The translations under genes were made by a program, and so were the position numbers. A stretch of DNA of 64,000 bases from positions 32,001-96,000 of IMG/VR virus record IMGVR_UViG_3300016471_001035; one strand, written 5' to 3'. Position 1 is the stretch's first letter; each line of letters opens with the position of its first letter. This DNA is from a virus. Positions 48,852 through 57,793 of this stretch are shown piece after piece. Under the pieces are notes generated by a model that did no database searches, was not told the origin of the DNA, and worked only from the letters and a program-made list of their open reading frames with translations.

Positions 48852-49754
48852 TTAAGCAGTACTGTACTTGTCAAATTCGTCGAAGCTTCTTCCACCTTTA
48901 TAACCTAGCTCTCTTGCGATTGAAGTAGGCTCGTCTTCTTCAGGATATTCTTCTACCGTTTCCACTTCACCGGTACCTTCGCCTTCTTTTTTCTCAGATG
49001 AAGGTGAAAAACTATTTTTAAATTTTAATGAATCAATAAAGTCCTGTACCATTTCGCTGTCTTTAGCCATCTTTTCATCATAGGCGCGAATAATAGCCTC
49101 TTCTACTTCTTTTTTAAGCTCAGGTGAATTATAAATATCGCTACCACTAGATACAGTTATTTCATCAGGCAATTCATTAAAGATTGGCATCCATTCTTTA
49201 ATAAATCTAACATCGTTTTTTATAAAGGTATTTGTTGTAGAAGCTGGTGTTGCAGGTGATGTACCAGGTGCACCGGGAGCAACTACTTTCTTACCCTCTA
49301 CCCCAGAGGTAACAGCTTGCTTGACTTGTGCTGGGCTAGCTGCTGCACCACCTTCTACATCTACTCTTAAAACGTTTAACAAATTGTCAACTATTCTAGC
49401 AGTGTATCTAGCTTCAGTACCGCCGAGTTTAAGTTCGTTTTTAATTAAATTTTCTAAATCTGTTCTAAATTTCATCTTAGATCCCGGATAATAAAGCTTA
49501 TATTCTTTACCATCTATAGTATGAATTGCGGGTTTAAAGAGCTTTGTCTGTATTGCTTGAAGTAAACGATTTGCAATTTCTGCTTTTGTTTTACCTTCCT
49601 TTGCAGCTGTTTTACCAATACCATACCCCTTGCCAGGCGCTTTTTCAATATCACCGGTATATCCTAGCTCGTCAGCATATATAGGTGCTTCTTTTAAAAC
49701 CCTAGGTTTTTTAGTTAAATAAGCTTCGAAAATAAGCTTTGTATCTTTGTTCAT
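48852..49754 (-). CDS. hypothetical late protein
   Basis: MNKDTKLIFEAY; AATAAATA upstream. Confidence 0.75.
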   Translation of the reverse strand: MNKDTKLIFEAYLTKKPRVLKEAPIYADELGYTGDIEKAPGKGYGIGKTAAKEGKTKAEIANRLLQAIQTKLFKPAIHTIDGKEYKLYYPGSKMKFRTDLENLIKNELKLGGTEARYTARIVDNLLNVLRVDVEGGAAASPAQVKQAVTSGVEGKKVVAPGAPGTSPATPASTTNTFIKNDVRFIKEWMPIFNELPDEITVSSGSDIYNSPELKKEVEEAIIRAYDEKMAKDSEMVQDFIDSLKFKNSFSPSSEKKEGEGTGEVETVEEYPEEDEPTSIARELGYKGGRSFDEFDKYSTA

Positions 49755-49755
49755 C

Positions 49756-49795
49756 TTGAATTATTTATTCTTTATATTATAATAAATCAGGAGGT
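49756..49795 (+). promoter_or_regulatory. sigma70-type promoter plus strong Shine-Dalgarno site
   Basis: TTGAAT(49756)-N16-TATAAT(49778)-AAATC-AGGAGGT(49789-49795)-N7-ATT. Confidence 0.8.
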
Positions 49796-49802
49796 TATAG
49801 CT

Positions 49803-50486
49803 ATTTGCGGTATATTTGGTTCTAAAGACTTTACAACTTATGTAAAGCTTTATAAGAGCAACAAGAAACGTGGTACGTTTTCTTACGGTGGTCTACTGAT
49901 CGGCTCACATATTCACGCTGTTCTCAAGACACCAGGCACTGCCAACCTATCCAATAAGCTAGTTATAGAGTACGGTAAAAAGAGGAGAAACATTACAGAT
50001 TTTGATGTTTTTTTAGGACACACTCAAGCCCCTACATCTGAAAAAAGAACATTTTCACCAAATACATCTCATCCTTTTCAACATAAAGAATGGTTAATTG
50101 CACATAACGGGGTTTTAACAAACGATAAGGAATTAAAAAAGCTTATTAAAGATAAAAAATCTTATAACGTTGTAGATTCATCTGTTATTGCACCGCTTAT
50201 AGCTATGTTTGTTAAAGAGCTAGATGATGAGGTTGCAGGTGTTTGCAAAGCACTATCGCTACTTAAAGGTACGTTTGGCCTTTGGATATATAATCAAAAA
50301 ACTGGTAATATTTTTCTCGCACGATCCGGCAGTACAGTATTCGCAGATTTTCTATCAAACGACTTTTCTTCTTTAAAGGAAAGCGGGTTTGTCCCTCTTG
50401 ACGAAGGTACACTATACCTATTAACTAAGGAAGGGTTAACCTCCGTAGGCGTATTTAAGACTAACTCTCCGTTTTTTACACAATGA
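49803..50486 (+). CDS. class-II (Ntn) glutamine amidotransferase with ATT start codon
   Basis: ATT-TGC-GGT-ATA-TTT-GGT = (M)CGIFG; open frame through GHTQAPT, HPF, HNG, VDS into the track ORF at 50205 (offset 402 nt); 227 aa. Confidence 0.88.
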   Translation: MCGIFGSKDFTTYVKLYKSNKKRGTFSYGGLLIGSHIHAVLKTPGTANLSNKLVIEYGKKRRNITDFDVFLGHTQAPTSEKRTFSPNTSHPFQHKEWLIAHNGVLTNDKELKKLIKDKKSYNVVDSSVIAPLIAMFVKELDDEVAGVCKALSLLKGTFGLWIYNQKTGNIFLARSGSTVFADFLSNDFSSLKESGFVPLDEGTLYLLTKEGLTSVGVFKTNSPFFTQ

Positions 50487-51175
50487 AAACAGCATTTTAT
50501 TTTTGTACAAGAAATTCTAAAGCGCAAGATACTTTTGCATTTAAATCTCTTCAAAGAATTAAACTAGCTACTCTATGGGAGTTTACTATAATTTATAAGG
50601 AAAATAATAATGACGGATTAAGCTTAAATTATAATAGTGTTTTAGAAAAGCATGGTAAAGATTATGATAACATAGTTTTTATACACGATGATGTTTATAT
50701 TGACGATCTTGGAGTGGTAAATAAGCTAGAAAAAGCTCATAATGATTTTGATATTGTAGGTCTTGCTGGGGGGTTAAATCCTGAAATTAAAGCACCCGCC
50801 CTTTGGCATTTAATGTGTGGGGGGTTTAACAGCGGTAATTTGAGAGGAGCAGTAGCCCATAAATTTAATAATGATCAAATTTTTATGACCAATTTTGGCC
50901 CCACACCCGCTAGAGTTGCTATTTTAGATGGACTATTCCTAAGCGTTAAAACCGAATGTTTTTTAAAAAAGGAATTTAAATTTAATGAAAATTATAACTT
51001 CCATCATTATGATATTGCCACCTGTATTGATGCTAATAAAAACAAATTAAAGTTAGGGGTCGTCCCTATATGGGTAGTACATAATTCACCCGGTCTTCTT
51101 AATATCAACGATGCTACATTTAGCGCTAGTCAATCTATATTTTTAAGAGAGTATAGCAGTATTGATTCTGTATAA
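50483..51175 (+). CDS. GT-A glycosyltransferase-like protein
   Basis: SLNYN, FIHDDV, VGLAG, ILDGLFL, FHHYDI; ATGA-coupled to the amidotransferase. Confidence 0.8.
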   Translation: MKTAFYFCTRNSKAQDTFAFKSLQRIKLATLWEFTIIYKENNNDGLSLNYNSVLEKHGKDYDNIVFIHDDVYIDDLGVVNKLEKAHNDFDIVGLAGGLNPEIKAPALWHLMCGGFNSGNLRGAVAHKFNNDQIFMTNFGPTPARVAILDGLFLSVKTECFLKKEFKFNENYNFHHYDIATCIDANKNKLKLGVVPIWVVHNSPGLLNINDATFSASQSIFLREYSSIDSV

Positions 51176-51195
51176 TTTTAATATATCATAAGAGA

Positions 51196-52524
51196 ATGGT
51201 TAAATTAGATCTAGATTTTTTTGAGCTTATTATTGCTTATAAATCATTAACTGATGAAACCTATTTAGCTTCTGTTGTCGACCATATAAAGCCTATTTTC
51301 TTTAAAAATAAAGATATTAAAGTTATTTTTACAATAATAAGAGATTTTTATGAAAAAAGAAATGCATGTCCTACCTTAACAGAAATAAAATCGTATTTAA
51401 CTAACGATGAGCTTAAAAATTCATTTAAGAATGTTGTAACACAGTTTAATAATTTAGATAAAAATTTTAACACAGATGAATTATCTGCTAATACAGAAAC
51501 TTTTATAAAAGAAAAATCCGTATACCATACAATGATGGATGTAGTAGATGATATCAACAAAAATAGTGTCGACACTTCTAAAATTTTAGCTAAATTTGAA
51601 AAAGCTTGTAGTATATCTTTAACCACTGAAATAGGGTTAGATTTGTATGCTAATTTAGATAGAGTAATTGAAGACCTGCATTCTTCAGAAAAATATATTC
51701 CTTCTAAATGGAAATGGCTTGATGATAAAATAGGAGGTGGGTTTCTAGAATCTGGTAGAGCACTCTATTTGTTTGCAGGCGAAACAAATATTGGTAAAAG
51801 TATATTTTTAGGAAATGTAGCTATTAACATAGCTGAGCAAGGAAAGACTGTATTGCTTGTTTCTTTAGAAATGCCAGAAATAATTTATGCTAAAAGACTC
51901 GTTTCAAGTGTATCTAAAATACCATTAAGCCAATTAAAAATAGAGTCTGATTCTTTAAAAAATCAAATTAGCGAGTATTGTATTGAAAATCCAAACGCAA
52001 AAATTATTATAAAGGAGTTTCCTCCCGCAACAATTACGCCCAACCATTTAAAGGCTTTTATTAAAAAATTAATACAAAAAGGTATTAAGATAGATGCCAT
52101 AGTTTTGGATTACGTAAATCTATTACATTCGTCTATGGGTGATTCAAGCTATGAGCGTGTTAAGATTTGTACTGAACAATTAAGAGCTTTATCATATGGG
52201 TTTAATTGCCCTGTTATATCCGCTACTCAGTTAAACCGTGAGGGGTATGAAATAACTGACCCAGGTTTAAAGACAATATCAGAAAGTATAGGGTTGGCTA
52301 TGACAGGTGACGTTATTATGAGTATTTGGCAAGAAGATACAGATAAAGAACTTGGCATTATTAAAATGGGATTAATGAAAAACAGGTTTGGACCTAATTA
52401 CGGTCATTGTGCAATGAGGATAGATTATTCAACACTTACTATTACAGAAGACGAGCATATAAATGACACAGAAGCAAGCACTTCTTCAATTAGTACGTTG
52501 ACAAAATTAGCTATCGACAATTGA
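51196..52524 (+). CDS. gp41: replicative helicase gp41
   Basis: GETNIGKS, SLEM, IKEFP, LDYVNL, SATQLNR, SES, KNRFG. Confidence 0.95.
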   Translation: MVKLDLDFFELIIAYKSLTDETYLASVVDHIKPIFFKNKDIKVIFTIIRDFYEKRNACPTLTEIKSYLTNDELKNSFKNVVTQFNNLDKNFNTDELSANTETFIKEKSVYHTMMDVVDDINKNSVDTSKILAKFEKACSISLTTEIGLDLYANLDRVIEDLHSSEKYIPSKWKWLDDKIGGGFLESGRALYLFAGETNIGKSIFLGNVAINIAEQGKTVLLVSLEMPEIIYAKRLVSSVSKIPLSQLKIESDSLKNQISEYCIENPNAKIIIKEFPPATITPNHLKAFIKKLIQKGIKIDAIVLDYVNLLHSSMGDSSYERVKICTEQLRALSYGFNCPVISATQLNREGYEITDPGLKTISESIGLAMTGDVIMSIWQEDTDKELGIIKMGLMKNRFGPNYGHCAMRIDYSTLTITEDEHINDTEASTSSISTLTKLAIDN

Positions 52525-52549
52525 TTTATCTATTTAGTTAGATAATTAG

Positions 52550-52846
52550 TTGTTGAATGTGAAAGGTTACGATCCTTCTGAGCAATTAACAGATTATGAA
52601 CAAACTCATTTGTTTTTATCTTTCTGTTCGTTTGTAACACTCACTAATACAAAAAAATTAAATCTTGCTAATGTTTTTATTACCCTTCTTAAGAATAAAG
52701 AATTTAGAGAGATTTTTAAAATTTATTGTGATTTAAAAAATGATTTTTCAGCTGTAAAATTTTTCTTGCAATTTGATTCAAGCTTGTATAAAAGTAAATA
52801 TATAATGAAATTTTTAAACTCAAATAAAAAGGCGCTTTTCCTATGA
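52550..52846 (+). CDS. hypothetical protein (start uncertain)
   Basis: 98-aa ORF ATGA-coupled to bS21. Confidence 0.65.
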   Translation: MLNVKGYDPSEQLTDYEQTHLFLSFCSFVTLTNTKKLNLANVFITLLKNKEFREIFKIYCDLKNDFSAVKFFLQFDSSLYKSKYIMKFLNSNKKALFL

Positions 52847-53055
52847 GCAATATTGTTAATGCTTCTGTAACTTTAGATAAGAAGAAATGTACAGATAAAG
52901 TTTATTTTGATAAAGCCTACAAAAGGTTTGCAAGAGAATTTTTAAGGTCGGGTGTGTTAGAGGATTTAAGATTTAAAAGGTGTTATTATAAACCAAGCGT
53001 GTTGCGTAAGTTAAAAAAGCAAGTTGCAAGACAGAAGTGGAAGTTTTACAATTGA
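52843..53055 (+). CDS. rpsU: phage-encoded ribosomal protein bS21 homologue
   Basis: FDKAYKRF.R...SGVLEDLR.KRCYYKPSVLRK matches the bS21 signature (ALRRFKR..GVL.E.R.R..YEKPS..R). Confidence 0.8.
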   Translation: MSNIVNASVTLDKKKCTDKVYFDKAYKRFAREFLRSGVLEDLRFKRCYYKPSVLRKLKKQVARQKWKFYN

Positions 53056-53693
53056 TTACCGAGTTTGAAAAGCACATTTATAATTCTTATTTAAAAGTCA
53101 CTAGATCAAATAGTGAACTACCTTACAAACTTAGAAAAAATTTTGAAAAAGTTGACGATAAGCTTTATGTAGCCTTAAAAAAGCTTTCTTCTTTTTTTAA
53201 GAGATACCCCCATATAAAAATAGAGGATTTTTTTCGCGCGCCTTATTCTCTTTACCCTGACGAAAAATATTTTCCAATAGAATATTTTTATTCACTTAAA
53301 GCTATAAAGTCCTATACTTTGTTTAATAAGCAACAGACAAATCTTGATCCGGATAGCGATGAACAGCTTAATAGCATTAAAAATTCATTAATTTTTATAA
53401 AAAGTTTTTGTAGAGATAATAATTTAAATGTAGAAAATTATATTTTTCACAAAACAAAAAATGAATATTCATTTATTTTGCACTTAAAAGAACATAATGT
53501 CAACGTATATACTTTATTAGGATTTAATAACTTTGAGAAAATTCTTAGAGGCTGTAACCCCGATATTACAAAATTTATTATTGGTGAGGATATATACAAC
53601 AACATCCAGGTATTTAGAACACGTCTTTATAATTCAAAAAAAGCAAGTAAAGTTGTCGAATATGGACTTAAAAAAATATTAGAAAAAGCTTGA
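53052..53693 (+). CDS. putative helicase loader (gp59-like)
   Basis: basic helical protein directly upstream of gp32 as in T4; TTGA overlap with bS21; sequence resemblance weak. Confidence 0.5.
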   Translation: MITEFEKHIYNSYLKVTRSNSELPYKLRKNFEKVDDKLYVALKKLSSFFKRYPHIKIEDFFRAPYSLYPDEKYFPIEYFYSLKAIKSYTLFNKQQTNLDPDSDEQLNSIKNSLIFIKSFCRDNNLNVENYIFHKTKNEYSFILHLKEHNVNVYTLLGFNNFEKILRGCNPDITKFIIGEDIYNNIQVFRTRLYNSKKASKVVEYGLKKILEKA

Positions 53694-53723
53694 TTAAGCA
53701 AATAAAGTTATTATTATTATTCT

Positions 53724-54578
53724 ATGAGTACATTTACCACATCGATGTTTGAAAGTATTAAGGGCGCTTTGACGAAAAATAACGAATCTACTGCTTCGAA
53801 GGTTAAAGACTATCTTCGCTGTGAAGCCGGCAACACATATACAGTTAGACTTATTCCTAATGTAAAAGACCCATCTAAGACGTTTTTTCACTATTATTCA
53901 TACGGCTGGAATAGTTTTGCTACTGGTGAGCTTATTACTGCAGTAAGCCCTACTACATGGAATCAGCGTGATCCTATTGCTGAAGAAAGGTATCGTATTT
54001 TGAGAACAGGTACAGAGAAAGAGAAGGAAAAGGCTTTGGCTATTAAGCGTAGAGAAAATTGGTTAGTTAATGTTTATATTATTAACGATCCCGTAAACTC
54101 TGATAATAATGGGAAGGTAAAGCTCTTACGTTTTGGTCGCCAGCTACATAAAATTATTATGGATGCTATTGAAGGTGAAGAAGCCGCAGAGCTTGGTCCT
54201 CGTATATTTGACCTATCTCCTAAAGGCTGTAACCTTAGAATTAAAGTTGAGAAGCAGGGTGACTACCCCACATACGTTTCATCTAAGTTTTCTACTCCTA
54301 AGGAAATAGAGGGGTTGGACGAAGATGATTATAAGAAAGTTTATAACAGCTCATTTGATCTTGAGTCATATGTTAGTGTTAAGAGCTACGAAGAGCTTAA
54401 AAATCTACTTGATGCGCATTACTATGGCACCAAGGATGTTGAAGAGGACGGCGCTGTTACTGCTGAAGTTAAAGCACCTAAGCCTTCAGTTAATGTAACT
54501 ATTAATTCTAAGAAGGCTGAGACGAAAGAGACTACAGCCGACGATCAGCAAATAGACGAATTACTTAAAGATCTATAA
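53724..54578 (+). CDS. gp32: single-stranded DNA-binding protein gp32-like
   Basis: TVRLIP, DPI, NVYIINDP..NNGKV, IFDL, YVSSKF, acidic tail DDQQIDELLKDL. Confidence 0.9.
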   Translation: MSTFTTSMFESIKGALTKNNESTASKVKDYLRCEAGNTYTVRLIPNVKDPSKTFFHYYSYGWNSFATGELITAVSPTTWNQRDPIAEERYRILRTGTEKEKEKALAIKRRENWLVNVYIINDPVNSDNNGKVKLLRFGRQLHKIIMDAIEGEEAAELGPRIFDLSPKGCNLRIKVEKQGDYPTYVSSKFSTPKEIEGLDEDDYKKVYNSSFDLESYVSVKSYEELKNLLDAHYYGTKDVEEDGAVTAEVKAPKPSVNVTINSKKAETKETTADDQQIDELLKDL

Positions 54579-54976
54579 TGGAAGATACTTTTAGAGAGTT
54601 AACTCCAGAAGAAATTAAACTGGCTACTATCCAGTTTATGGGCCAGCACCTAACTGGAGAAATGAAAGAACTCAATAAAAATATTATCGGCGAAAGCGCT
54701 ACACTTAGATCTTTATCCATAGACCCCTTAAAAGTTATTCAAACAATTCCAGGGGATAAACGTCCATATGCTACAACTGTTAATGCTGGGATAAATATTG
54801 CTCCTAACGCTATTCATCATCCTATTCCAGTACAGCAATCTCAACAACCCACAGTAGATCCTAATCAACTTGAATTTGATTTTGGTAAGTCAAATTTAGC
54901 AAATTCTATTTTAGATCGGTTAGATTCGTTGAGCTCAAAATTAGATAAAGTTATAGCCTTACTTAAAAAAGATTGA
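54578..54976 (+). CDS. hypothetical protein
   Basis: TAATG-coupled; DPNQLEFDF motif and terminal coiled coil. Confidence 0.7.
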   Translation: MEDTFRELTPEEIKLATIQFMGQHLTGEMKELNKNIIGESATLRSLSIDPLKVIQTIPGDKRPYATTVNAGINIAPNAIHHPIPVQQSQQPTVDPNQLEFDFGKSNLANSILDRLDSLSSKLDKVIALLKKD

Positions 54977-55006
54977 TAATTAGTAGTTATATCTTATTAT
55001 AAATGT

Positions 55007-55738
55007 GTGAATTTAAGTATAAAAGATAGAGATAACTTTTTAAATAATTTTGTAATTCCGTTAAGTAAGATAACAGACAGCGCAGTTATAAAAATTGCTC
55101 CAGGCAAGATAACATCTTTAATTTCCACAAGCGATAATACAATTATTGTTAATTCAGAGTATAACGATGATAGTATAAAAGCAGTTAAAACTTTAAACGT
55201 ACCTGACTTAAAGAAGCTTTGCAGAGTTATTTCATGTATAGATGAAACAACTTTTAATTTAGATATATCATCAAATTTTATAGGCTACGATTCTCGTAAT
55301 GTTAGGTTTAAGTATCATTTGTATGACGATGGCATTATTGCATCACCTAAGCTTAGTATAGATAAACTTAATTCTTTAGAATTTGATGGTAAGTTCACCC
55401 TACCTCTCGCCTCTGTCATAAACCTTATCAAAGGCAGCTCCATAAGCACCGAAACAAATAAGATTTATTTGTCTGTTAAAGACAAGCAGATATTTGGTGA
55501 ATTAACAGATAAGACTAGATCTAATATTGATTCATATGGTATTAATATTTCTGATGATTATAGCGGAACTCAGTTTGCAGTTGCTATACCCTTGAATTTT
55601 GAGATATTTAGAATAATTTCTTCTATGAGATTTAAGGAGCTTCAAGCAAACCTAATAACAAAAATGGGCGTATTAACGTTAGACTTAAACTTAGATAATT
55701 CTAAATTTAAGTTTGTTATTTCTGCTCTAGCCAACTAA
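55007..55738 (+). CDS. gp45: sliding clamp gp45-like
   Basis: 243 aa two-domain pattern, LNVPDLKKL, FKYHL, C-terminal FVISAL; replication context. Confidence 0.7.
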   Translation: MNLSIKDRDNFLNNFVIPLSKITDSAVIKIAPGKITSLISTSDNTIIVNSEYNDDSIKAVKTLNVPDLKKLCRVISCIDETTFNLDISSNFIGYDSRNVRFKYHLYDDGIIASPKLSIDKLNSLEFDGKFTLPLASVINLIKGSSISTETNKIYLSVKDKQIFGELTDKTRSNIDSYGINISDDYSGTQFAVAIPLNFEIFRIISSMRFKELQANLITKMGVLTLDLNLDNSKFKFVISALAN

Positions 55739-56101
55739 ATGAGCAAAAATAAAATTAAAACACCTAGCTATTTTGTAAAGCGTTTAAGAGACAACGGCTT
55801 TATAGCTATTAAGTTATTTGGGGTATTTGCTAAGCAAGATCCAAGACAATGGGTAGTTCTTGTCAATCCTAGTGAGGCATCGGTTCTTGTTACCTGTTAT
55901 TTAAACAAGGATAATCTCAATGAAGTTCTATTTGAATTTAATGACGGTGATAGACATATACCTAGAAATTTTTCTATTAAAACTGATTCTATTGAAGTAA
56001 TTATAGACTATTTGCTTAGACACGGTGTTTCTAATAATAAAGATTACCCAGGCCGCGATAGATATTTGTCAAAAAGATTAAATACTTATGATGAAAAATA
56101 A
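55739..56101 (+). CDS. hypothetical protein
   Basis: 120-aa ORF abutting the clamp gene. Confidence 0.7.
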   Translation: MSKNKIKTPSYFVKRLRDNGFIAIKLFGVFAKQDPRQWVVLVNPSEASVLVTCYLNKDNLNEVLFEFNDGDRHIPRNFSIKTDSIEVIIDYLLRHGVSNNKDYPGRDRYLSKRLNTYDEK

Positions 56102-56414
56102 AAATTCATCCAAGGGTAAAGATCAGAATAAAAGCTTTAATCCTAATGAAAATAAAGAAATCAAAGAGCTTACTCATAAAGCACTTTTATCATTTCTTCG
56201 TGATCAAATTAGTGAAAAAAACTCTAATAAAAAAGATATAGAAGCGCTAAATGCTCAAATATTAGAATTTTTAAATTGCTTTATTTTAATTGGATATAAC
56301 TTTAATGGCGAGCCAATATCTATGATATCTGCGCACAACCAGCAAGAAGCAGATTCTCTGGGCACACTTATTAATAAGTTTATATTTAATTCATCTAAAG
56401 ACTCTGGAGAATAG
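56088..56414 (+). CDS. hypothetical protein
   Basis: 108-aa ORF in operon. Confidence 0.7.
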   Translation: MMKNKNSSKGKDQNKSFNPNENKEIKELTHKALLSFLRDQISEKNSNKKDIEALNAQILEFLNCFILIGYNFNGEPISMISAHNQQEADSLGTLINKFIFNSSKDSGE

Positions 56415-56437
56415 TTAGTTTGTTAATATAATATTTT

Positions 56438-57274
56438 GTGGTAAAAGTATTAATACTTGGCAAAGGATTTATAGGTAATAAACTTGCAAAATACTTGCAA
56501 GAAAATAATGTTGATATTTTTCATATAGCACAAAATGAAATAGATTACACTCGCCATACCACTTTAAGCATGCTCTTAAGAGAATATAATTTTTCTCATG
56601 TAGTTAATTGCTGCGGTTATACAGGCAAGCCTAATGTTGATGGCTGTGAAAATAATAAGGAAGATTGCTGGAAGTATAATGTAACAGTTGCTTCTTACAT
56701 AGACAGGCTATGTCATTGCTATGGAAGAAAGATTATACATATTTCAAGCGGTTGTATATACACAGGCTACGAAAAAGAATTTACAGAAACAGACGTCCCA
56801 AACTTCGGTCTTTTTAATCCCAACTCTAGCTTTTATTCTAAGAGCAAACACGCATTAGAATCAGTAGTCAATACAAATTTTTCTACTGTTTTTAGAATAA
56901 GAATGCCATTTACAAATCTGAAAGAAGATAAAAATTATATTTATAAAATATTGAAATATGATAATCTTTTGAGTATGCCAAACAGTCTTACAAGTGTAAC
57001 AGACCTCTGTAGTGTAGTTCAGCAATTTATAGAGGAGCATAGGCCTGGAATTTTTAATGTTGTCAATCCGCAACCGGCTGAAGCTAAGGAGATTGTCACT
57101 CTTCTAAAAAAATATAACCATATTAATCCTAATTGGAAGTTCGTAGAATATAAGGATCTTGACATCATAGCTAATAGATCTAATTGTATTTTAAGCTCTG
57201 ATAAACTTAAGACTATAGGCCTATGTTTACCTGATACATTCGAATCTCTAGAGAAATGTATAAAGGAGTTATGA
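56438..57274 (+). CDS. RmlD/UER1-like NDP-4-keto-6-deoxysugar epimerase-reductase
   Basis: LILGKGFIG, CGYTGKPNVDGCE, ISSGCIY, FYSKSK, RIRMP. Confidence 0.85.
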   Translation: MVKVLILGKGFIGNKLAKYLQENNVDIFHIAQNEIDYTRHTTLSMLLREYNFSHVVNCCGYTGKPNVDGCENNKEDCWKYNVTVASYIDRLCHCYGRKIIHISSGCIYTGYEKEFTETDVPNFGLFNPNSSFYSKSKHALESVVNTNFSTVFRIRMPFTNLKEDKNYIYKILKYDNLLSMPNSLTSVTDLCSVVQQFIEEHRPGIFNVVNPQPAEAKEIVTLLKKYNHINPNWKFVEYKDLDIIANRSNCILSSDKLKTIGLCLPDTFESLEKCIKEL

Positions 57275-57564
57275 AATTTTCATTTTTAAATAAGCACCCC
57301 AAAAAGCGTATTATATATGCTATTACTGGGGGCTATTATTTAGGCGAATTATTTGTTTTTATGGAAAAGACAGATGAAAAATATATATTTCTCTCCCTAC
57401 CTGAAATGCACATTAGAGAGGTGCCAATCGATAAATTTGAGTTTGGATTGAACCAAAACATTATAGATATAGTTAAAAAAATACCAAATTTTGTTTATAA
57501 AGTATGTAAAGCGCAATATACCAAAAATAAAACACGTGACTTACAGTCTTTAAAGGATAAATAG
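57271..57564 (+). CDS. hypothetical protein
   Basis: ATGA-coupled ORF. Confidence 0.65.
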   Translation: MKFSFLNKHPKKRIIYAITGGYYLGELFVFMEKTDEKYIFLSLPEMHIREVPIDKFEFGLNQNIIDIVKKIPNFVYKVCKAQYTKNKTRDLQSLKDK

Positions 57565-57568
57565 TTAT

Positions 57569-57757
57569 ATGGATTTTATTTCACCAAAACCAATCGTGTC
57601 CCCTATTAGCGGTCAAGTAGTAAGACCGGTCTTAAAAACGTATGTTCGTGAAGGCAAAGAAATTGTAGAAGCTGAATATATCGACCCAGCTAGTGGTTCT
57701 TTTATCCGTAAAGGTATTGTTTCTGTAAGAGATTTAAAGAAACCCTCCGAAAAATAA
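57569..57757 (+). CDS. 62-aa protein resembling a Cys-less zinc ribbon
   Basis: SPISG ... DPASG knuckles; TAAATA-N5-ATG. Confidence 0.65.
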   Translation: MDFISPKPIVSPISGQVVRPVLKTYVREGKEIVEAEYIDPASGSFIRKGIVSVRDLKKPSEK

Positions 57758-57793
57758 TCTTGTAAGTTAGTTGTTTTGTACTATAATTAAAAT

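Noticed and set aside
46765-50486. QatABCD anti-phage system or bacterial Dpd restriction island
   Set aside because: No QatA ATPase, TatD or DpdB-K genes; QueC is canonical and sits with a full biosynthetic pathway in a phage.
6974-53891. Short antisense or alternate-frame track ORFs inside gp23, gp22, gp20, 26544, uvsX, gp46, gp41, gp32 and others
   Set aside because: Overlap well-supported genes, lack promoter geometry and motifs; expected from codon bias and low-complexity regions.
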